Assembly (NCBI RefSeq): GCF_006345805.1
Contig: NC_043008.1
Location: forward strand, 43,152,001-43,216,000
DNA: 64,000 nt
Origin: Octopus sinensis
Taxonomy: Eukaryota
Direction of reading: 5' to 3'
A program made the translations under genes and the position numbers. The notes beneath the pieces were generated by a model. That model was given only the letters and a program-made list of their open reading frames with translations, was not told the origin of the DNA and did no database searches. Positions 55,954-64,000 of the stretch are shown piece after piece; the stretch's first letter is position 1, and each line of letters opens with the position of its first letter.

Positions 55954-57859
55954 ATCTATGCATATACACACATTCACACAGACATATATATACTTCTGTG
56001 TGCGTATATATGCATATATATATATATATAACTACATGCACAGACATGCACGGATATACTCTGTGAACGGAAATAACACCTCAAGTAAATTCCCAATTAA
56101 TCGGTAGGAAAAAATAGCAGGTAAAATGTCACATCTGATTTAAATATCAAGAATACTATTTAAATAATTAAACAAATAATTTATTACGTCACTTATTAAC
56201 TAACAATATACGACTTGTACATAATGACAATCCAATTTGCATCTTGGTGAAAAAATAATGATTTTTTTTATTCAATAATTCACATGAAATAACCTGTCTC
56301 TAAGATTTTTACGCGTGTTTGTGATATAACTTTTTTTAGTGACTTTGTGTTTGGCGCCATTTCTACCTGGATTCATATATGTATGTGTGTGTGAGCGAGC
56401 GTACACACAAGACGCACGCACACGCACATACACACACACACATACACACAGAGGTAGATATGTTTGCCTCTATGTATGTGTGTGCGTGTGTATCTATACA
56501 TGTACGCATGTCTGTAGATATTTACTTGTGTTCATGTTTGCTGGAGCTGATGGTGTATAAGCTAAAAGGTAATCAATAAACGCGGCAGTGTTCGTTTACA
56601 GATGTTTCTACGAATATGTAAGACCAAAATCCTCTCTCCTTTGTAATTTCAATACAAAACTCTAACGACTTCTATGTCAGCTACATATGTCTTTCGACTG
56701 CATTCATTCATGGAGCTATGTTTACTCTGTAAATAACAGTGCAACGAAATGCTATTTAAGGCTTACGGAAAACTCCTTTAAAACAACATTATCACAACAT
56801 ACGTGAACATCCAGGCACTCGAAAAGACTCCTCACCATCCTCCTCTCCAAATACATCTGGAATATAACGGATTTTAATGCTAGTAATTTGGAAATGGATT
56901 GTTAAGCATCACACTGCATTAATTCTCCCAGAAGGTGTGACCTGTGTCTCTGGGAGAGTTATTGGTGTATCCTTTCAGACATTCACATCGATAACTATTG
57001 AGGATTTTCCCAATCTTACAAGGAAAGGATAAAATAGTTTATTTCCAATATAATGGAACCAACATACACTGAAAATGGCGACATATTGAGAAAGAAAAGC
57101 GTTTTAGTTAAACAGCACTGAATCTACCTCAGCGATGGCTTCCTCCGCTACATTTTGCGTTTTACGCATTTTAATGAAGAAATGCAAATACTGGGTGCTC
57201 TGCATGCAAATAAATGAATATGTCACGTGTTCTGCTTATAATTGCATAGATAATTATGTGTCGCATTTTTAAAGACTTTGGAAATTAATCGAGTTTCGAT
57301 CAATAACCATATTTCGGGCTGTTTGCGATTTTTCAAGAAGCTTCGACTTCTAATAATAATAATAGAAAGGTCTTAGAAAATGTCAGAACGCTTATTTTCT
57401 GGGATATGTTAATTCACTTATTGAGGAATATCGGTACCAAAGAAGTAGGCACAATTGTCAAGGACGAGCAGGCAATGAAATGTCTACAAATTGATGTATC
57501 AGTCCTAAACAGGATAATATACTGCTGAAATAAATGGAGAAGTGATCTACGTGTAAAGATCTGTAAATAGAGATAACCAGAATGTGGAGGCGAAAAGAAG
57601 CCCTTGAAAATGGTGCAAATGAAACATGTAGGAAACTCTATGAAATCCAAATGTCAACAACATAGAGGGAGTAACACTGAGAGGCACCGCACTCGTGTAT
57701 ATTAAGTAGAAAACTGAGGATTGGAATAAAATAGCCTCCCCACCCCAAAGACTACATGTACCGAAGGAACAAAGAGTTGCGCTGAGTCACTGTGTGAAAG
57801 GCGAGCGTCAAAATCGAAACTACTACTACTACTACTACACAACTGAAAACAATACCTCC

Positions 57860-58076
57860 TATTTCTACTCTAGGCACAAGGCCTTCAAAATGTTTTGTGG
57901 AAGGGATTAAGTTGATTGTATCGATCCCAGTGCGTAACTGGTACTTATTTAATCGACCCCGAAGGGATGAAAGGCAAAGTCGGCCTCGGCGGAATTTGAA
58001 CTCAGAACGTAAAAACAGATGAAATACCACTAAGCATTTCGCCCGGTGTGCTAACGTTTCTGCCCAGCTCGCCGCC

Positions 58077-58078
<2 letters not shown>
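57860..58078 (-). mobile_element. SINE family A, full length
   Basis: AATCGACCCCGAAGGGATGAAAGGCAAAGTCGGCCTCGGCGGAATTTGAACTCAGAACG; 5' end abuts (AAT)n. Confidence 0.9.
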
Positions 58079-58139
<61 letters not shown>

Positions 58140-58188
58140 TAATAATAATAATAATAATAATAACAATAATAACAATAACAACAACAAC

Positions 58189-58271
<83 letters not shown>

Positions 58272-58326
58272 TAATAATAATAACAATAATAAGAATGATA
58301 ACAACAACAACAACAACAACAACAAC

Positions 58327-58358
<32 letters not shown>

Positions 58359-58370
58359 TAATAATATCTT
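58078..58370. repeat. compound (AAT)n/(AAC)n microsatellite
   Basis: direct reading. Confidence 0.95.
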
Positions 58371-58929
58371 CCTGTTGGGCAATAAATTAAATGAATAGAG
58401 TAAATACCTTTGAGAATAAGGAAGGAACAAAGTTAAACTTAAAAACTGATTTCTAAAATTAGCCGAAGGCCATCGAGATGAGAGACGCAATAAATCGATG
58501 ACCAGTAGATGGCGAAGAGTAATAGATGTTTCCTCAACACTGGAAACCTAAAAAGTGAATTCAACCCCGGTGAGATTTGAACTTGTAGAAGCAATGTCTA
58601 AAAATACAGAGCATAAAAGAAAATCAAAGGCAACGCCTGTAAATAACAATATCAATTAGCTTTGTGCTATGAAAGTCTAAATGGGCGACCATGTGTACTG
58701 TAAATAAATAACCAGGGCAGCATAATTGGAAAGGAGAAAGGTTATGTACTCTAAAAGGTAAAACCAAAAGAACAGGCGAATATTTCACGCGTGTCTAACT
58801 TAGTGATCCCTTTAGAGGTTGGTGTAGGTTGCAGACATTGTTGGGGTGCTAATGAAATTAAACGGGTGGTAGGGGTATTGTCCTATAGCTTATCCTCTTT
58901 CGTCTTTCGGTGTCAAAATGTAAGACATA

Positions 58930-59320
58930 GTCGATCGTGTTTTGCCACAATTCTCTAGTCCGTGTTTTCTGTAACAGTTCCACTTCCTGATGTTAAATCC
59001 CTCTTTCTTCCGACCATTTCGTCACGCTTGACTTCCATATCATCCTTCTCCATATTCTGCCCCTTTTCCATTCAATCCTTCCGGTCATCGTTAAATTCTC
59101 CAGGCCATCTTTCCTCATTACATGACCAAGAAATTTCAGTTGTTTGGCCTTTTTCTCACAAGTCAATTACATATTTGCTGCAGCTGGGGTTATCACTTCT
59201 TCATTAGACACTTTGTCCATGCTATCCTCAATATTTCCCTGTTTTGCAAGCACCATGCCTCACTTCTATACATTAACACAAGGTAGACATAGCAGTCCAA
59301 TATAGTTTTAATCCATAGAG
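58930..59320 (-). mobile_element. RTE-clade LINE 3' fragment
   Basis: decayed ILDCYV..LMYRSEAW, LRIAWTKC, KFLGHVMRKDGLENL, TGRIEWKRGR pattern across frameshifts. Confidence 0.7.
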
Positions 59321-60199
59321 CAGGGTTTCTCAAGATGTTAAACAATTTTGAGAATGCACATTTTATTAATTCTCATTAAGTTACCATTTTGGCTGACATC
59401 GCTATACACTGGACGTTTACTGTTGAAGCATTTATCAAGAATGATGGGGGGGGTTAAAGTTATTTATACACCCTATACTGTTGTACATCACACTAATGAA
59501 ATCGTCTTTGACTTTTATGGACGTCTGATTGGAAAAATATAGTGATAAGATTACCAAGGAATAAAACAAAAAACCTTAGATGAACTTAACTACTACACAA
59601 CAAAATTATACGCCACTAGTGGAATCTGAGGGTCGATTAGATAGACAATGTTTTTCCCCCAAAATGTCTGACTTCGAACCTCATTTTGAAATGATTATAG
59701 AAATATAAAAATCGAAAAAAACATATGTCTACCTTCATATGGAAAAAATTTAAATCTACACAAATTTTGAATTAGGGGCAAATATATTATTAAAGCGAAA
59801 AAAATGACATTATTAGAAATTCTAAGGCGTTTATCGTTTGAGGAAAACCATATATCTGTTCCTGAAACATTGTCAGGGTAGTCGTAGACAAGATATTTCC
59901 AAAAGGACCAGTGATTCCTCATTTAATAACTCCGTCTACTCAACGTCACTGTGTATCGGCAAGGACCGGCAAGGACCGGCAAGGACCAGAAAAGACTAGC
60001 AAGGACTGATATATCTTGATGCCGGTGCTGTAACTGGTCCATCTCGAACATAAAGGGCTGCAAAAAATGTCATATTTTGTCTGACATTTAAACAATTCTG
60101 CTTAACCATTTCCTTTTGTTGTCTTTTATATAATAAACACACGAAGACACTAAAACTCCGAGTTTACGAGTTAATGAAGGAGCTTCCATGTGGTCGATT

Positions 60200-60410
60200 T
60201 GTCTGCTCGGAATAGTAACCAAATCTTCCTCGAGTCTCACACAACCATCTTGAATTAGATGAAGCGATCATTAAACAACGCAAAACTAGATACCTCCAAG
60301 AGGACATACTGGCCATGGTTGGAATGTCTATGATATTGTTTTGCTTAATTAAAACTGACCTGGGGCTATGCAACAACAACAACAACAACAACAGCAATAA
60401 CAACAACGGG
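60200..60410 (+). mobile_element. repeat family C copy with (CAA)n tail
   Basis: GGCCATGGTTGGAATGTCTATGAT...CTGACCTGGGGCTA-(CAA)n; inverse of 23930-24000 and 25790-25860. Confidence 0.65.
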
Positions 60411-60599
60411 GTGGTGACGGCAAAGGCGACGATGGCAACAAAATAGCAGCAACTGAAACCCCGCTCAGTCCAACCCTGGGAGGGATTCTGTTTTCTCTCT
60501 GGAAGAAATCGGCTTTGGTTAGGCTTTCTGAAGGATGGATACCGCCAGAGTTTTTTAAGAGAAAAATATCGGCGCCATTACGAGTCGTTTAAGTTTTGA

Positions 60600-61060
60600 G
60601 AGCCGAAGGAAAGTGCGGTATAAAGGATACAGAGAAATTCTTGAGAGAATGAACGAATAGCTTTCACCCACCTAAACAAGAGATAGATAAAGAAAAGAGG
60701 TGCAAAAAATAAAAGAAAGAGAATTATCGATGAATTGTAGGCGAAAAATGGAAGAAATTGAACGAATAAAATAAAATAACAAATAGAATTATTAAAGAAA
60801 AGTAATCATTGAAGAGAAAAAGGAAATCGGAAAGATAGAAGAGCGTGATTAAAACCAGATAAACTAGCAGAGAGAGAACGATGAGAAAATCTTTAAAGAT
60901 AATAAAGAATTTGTAAGATATCCCGGGAGATTCTTTAGGAGATTAAATCAAACATAGAGATAAAAGAAACATCGACAAATTGTACAAATAGAAACTGAAT
61001 AGAGAGACATTTTTGGGGTAAAGGGTCAGATGTAGTTAGAAAATAACATGGTTTATATAA
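60600..61060 (+). mobile_element. possible decayed R4/Dong-like ORF fragment (pre-RT region)
   Basis: A-rich; KIFKDNKEFVRYPGRFFREL resembles the pre-RT NKxFxxNPxxFYRxL motif. Confidence 0.35.
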
Positions 61061-61536
61061 AGGAGATTCAACGAGACAATAGGAGGGTGTCTGTGTGGAT
61101 TCTCAAATTGCTAGAAATAACAGTTAAATATCGTTTATATCATAGCCGCTTAGCATACGTGACCTGATAATCTCTAAAAAACCTAAAAACTATGCAGAAT
61201 TGTGTCTTATTGCAAATACAAAGAGAAAATAAGTTTAACGTAGTTCAGGGCAGAAAACCTTGTTGATAGCCATGTAGAGTTGAGAGCCAGTTGAGGGCTT
61301 TTTCTCCAGATGAGCCGGAAAAGGGGAGGAATAGGGAGAACAGAGGAGGGGAAGCAACAGCAGATGCAGCGACGCAATAAGACTTTAGAAACTGGTCCAA
61401 GGTTTACCAGGCCCGTAGGCTTCTGCACATTGGTAAACTAAAAGCTACCATACGAAATACAATCCCAATGCCTGGCACCTTGTCAGTGGATTTAGTAGTG
61501 GGAAACTGAAAGAAGCTCGTTGCATATATATATATA

Positions 61537-61708
61537 TTTTTCTCTTCTTGTTTCTCTCTTTGTTTCTTTTCTGTGTATCTTTCTGTCGAAGAGCGTAGGC
61601 TCGAAACGTAAAAGACTTGTTTTATTTCTATTCCTGAGCGCCATACTAATACAATTTTTTGTACTTCACCTGCCTTCGTCTTTTGTTTATTTTCGTAAAC
61701 CTTCCCGT

Positions 61709-61709
<1 letters not shown>
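61537..61709 (+). mobile_element. family H1 copy d, inside a SINE B internal microsatellite
   Basis: reverse complement closely matches 62351-62536. Confidence 0.85.
61578..61615 (+). ncRNA. best-preserved minimal type I hammerhead-like fold, variant core CUGUCGA
   Basis: TCTTT-CTGTCGA-A-GAGC-GTAG-GCTC-GAAAC-GTA-AAAGA: 5-bp stem I, 4-bp stem II, palindromic ACGT stem III, GUA triplet. Confidence 0.65.
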
Positions 61710-61739
<30 letters not shown>

Positions 61740-62104
61740 TTCTGTATATATGTGTTTGTGTGTGTGTGTGTGTGTGCGTGTGTGTGTGTGTATTTATGTG
61801 TTTATGTCTGTGTTTTCCCCCGCACCATCGCTTGACAACTGATGATGGTGTGTTTCTGTTTCCGTAACTTAGTAGTTTGGTAAAATACACCGTTAGAACA
61901 AGTAACAAGTTTACAAACAGTGATACCTGGGGTCGATTTGTTCGACTAAACAAAGACCTCTCGAAGGCAGGGTTCCAGCATAGCCGCAATCAAATGACTG
62001 ACACAAGTAAAAGCGTAAAAAATATTACATTACAATATGTATGCGCCTACAAACACACACTATTCTAATAATGCGTTTGATTTATTCTTTAATTATTTTA
62101 TTCT

Positions 62105-62535
62105 TTTATTTGTTCCAGTCATTTGACTGTGGCCATGCTGGAGCACCACCTTTAGTCGAGCAAATCGACCCCCGGACTTCCCATGCCTAGTACTTATTCT
62201 ATCGGTCTGTTTTGCCGAACCTTTAAGTTGCAGGGAAGTAAACACACCAGCATCGTTGTGAAGCGATGATGGGGGAACAAACACAAACACACAAACATAT
62301 ACACACACATACATATACATACATGCATATATATCATATATATATATATAACGGAAGGTTTACGAAAATAAACAAAAGACGAAGACAGGTGGAGTACAAA
62401 CAAACAATTGTATTAGTATGGCGCTCAGGAATAGAAATAGAAAAAGGCTTTTCGAGCCTACGCTCTTCGACAGAAAAAAACAAGGAGAGAAACAAGGAGA
62501 GGAAATGCGTGTAGGAGCTAACGATCTATCATGGC

Positions 62536-62601
<66 letters not shown>

Positions 62602-62760
62602 GACGGGCTTCTTTCAGTTTCCGTCTACCAAATCCATCTACAATGCGTTTGTCAACCCGAAGCTATAGTAGAAGACGCTTACTCAAGGTGCCCCGCAGTG
62701 GGACTGAACCCGGAACCATGTGGTTGGTAAGCAAGCTACTTACCACACAGCCACTCCTAT
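62105..62760 (-). mobile_element. SINE family B with family H1 copy e (62351-62536) inserted in its internal microsatellite
   Basis: well-preserved head at 62600-62760 (GGAGTGGCTGTGTGGTAAGTAGCTTGCTTACCAACCACATGGTTCCGGGTTCAGTCCCACTGCG) and 3' half at 62105-62290. Confidence 0.9.
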
Positions 62761-63424
62761 TTGTGTATAAATAATATATACCTGGAGATAATAGGAGTTT
62801 AAAAGAACTCAATGCGTAAACATAGAATACAGGCTTTAATCTTTAAAAATTTATTTGTTTAAACGTGGTGATAGTGACCTCGAAGTTTCATCAGTAGTCT
62901 CATCTGAACCCGGAACCATATGCATGTGTTATTTTTTAAGCGGGAGTTGGTTAAATATGATGTGGGAAGGTTTATGTCTAATTGTGATTGTTAGAAATTT
63001 AATGATTGCCCTGAGGAAAATTATCTCTTACTTTGTTGTTCGAAGGGGAAATGAAGGGAGCAATATAATTTGGAGGAGGTGGAGAAGAAATAGAGGAGGC
63101 AGATGAGGATAATATAAACGAGGTGGAATTTGAAGAAGAATGGAATAGGCTTAGGAGAGGAAACGGAGAGGAGAAAATATATGAAATGGTAAGAATAGGA
63201 AGAACAGAATGAGAAAGAAGAGAAGGAGAGAGATTGATGAAGTCGAGCGAAATTAATCATTTGTTTGGTTTAATAAAAGACAATTCCATCGACATTATTG
63301 GTGAAGAAGTTCGTACAAGCCATAAGATGCCATTACAAGTGGCCACACAGAATCAGTCATGCGTGAAACTTTTTCTATAGATTAAAGTGGATTAAGAGAT
63401 GAGCGAAATCTATCTATCAGTCTT

Positions 63425-63790
63425 TTATCTTTTGCTTGTTTCGGTCATTAGGCTGCGGCCATGTTGGAGCACCACTTTGGAGAATTGTTCGTCGATGCTT
63501 ATGTTTTCGAGTCTGGTGCTTATTCTATCATATTTTTCACCGAAATGCTAAGTTACGGGAACGTGAACACACCAACATCGGTTGTCAAGCAGTGGTACGA
63601 GACAAATGCACACACACATATGTATGTATCTATGACGGGCTTCTTTCAGTTTCCATCTGCGAAATCCACTCACAAGGCTTTACTCAGCCCGAGGCTATAG
63701 TAGAAGACACTTACTCAGGGTGCCGCGCAGTGGGACTGAACCAGAAACCCTGTGGCTGGGAAGCAAAATTCTTACCACTCACCTAAGGCA
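63425..63790 (-). mobile_element. SINE family B
   Basis: GACGGGCTTCTTTCAGTTTCC...CTATAGTAGAAGACACTT...GCAGTGGGACTGAACC. Confidence 0.85.
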
Positions 63791-64000
63791 ATACATACAC
63801 ACACACACAAATATATATATATAGACGTATTCACATACACACACACGCGCAAACACACTCACACGCACGCACACACACAGAGCTAAACCTGAATTAAATG
63901 CGGTAGAGAGGAAACAGGAGTAAAGTCTGTCTTGCAATTATGATTGTATGGTCCTGTCAGGTCATTATAGTTAGACCCGCCAAAGTACATCATAATTAGC

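Noticed and set aside
62690-62760. tRNA gene calls at SINE heads (also 9610, 15681)
   Set aside because: A/B-box-like motifs only; no complete cloverleaf; continuous with SINE bodies

Overview
AT-rich, microsatellite-saturated eukaryotic DNA. The SINE and repeat repertoire is one I recognise as typical of an Octopus (coleoid cephalopod) genome; this is inference, not a database result. I found no confidently identifiable host protein-coding exon, rRNA, true tRNA gene or CRISPR array, so the window is probably intronic or intergenic, with a 100-N assembly gap at 18437-18536. Almost all long ORFs in the track are translated microsatellites. Recognisable content: a decayed full-length D,D34D mariner (34499-35770) plus Tc1/mariner- and Tigger-type MITEs; fragments of RLE-type (R4/Dong-like, HERO/NeSL-like) and RTE non-LTR retrotransposons; a Penelope-like GIY-YIG relic; several tRNA-derived SINE families; and local tandem duplications. 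The most interesting signal is at least two families of short (~100-200 nt) non-coding elements that sit inside (TA)n tracts and carry minimal type I hammerhead-ribozyme folds with palindromic stem III but non-canonical cores (CUGUYGA and CCGACGA). Several near-perfect foldbacks also stand out (20721-20850, 34291-34416, 5722-5922, and an inverted composite at 61470-62760).
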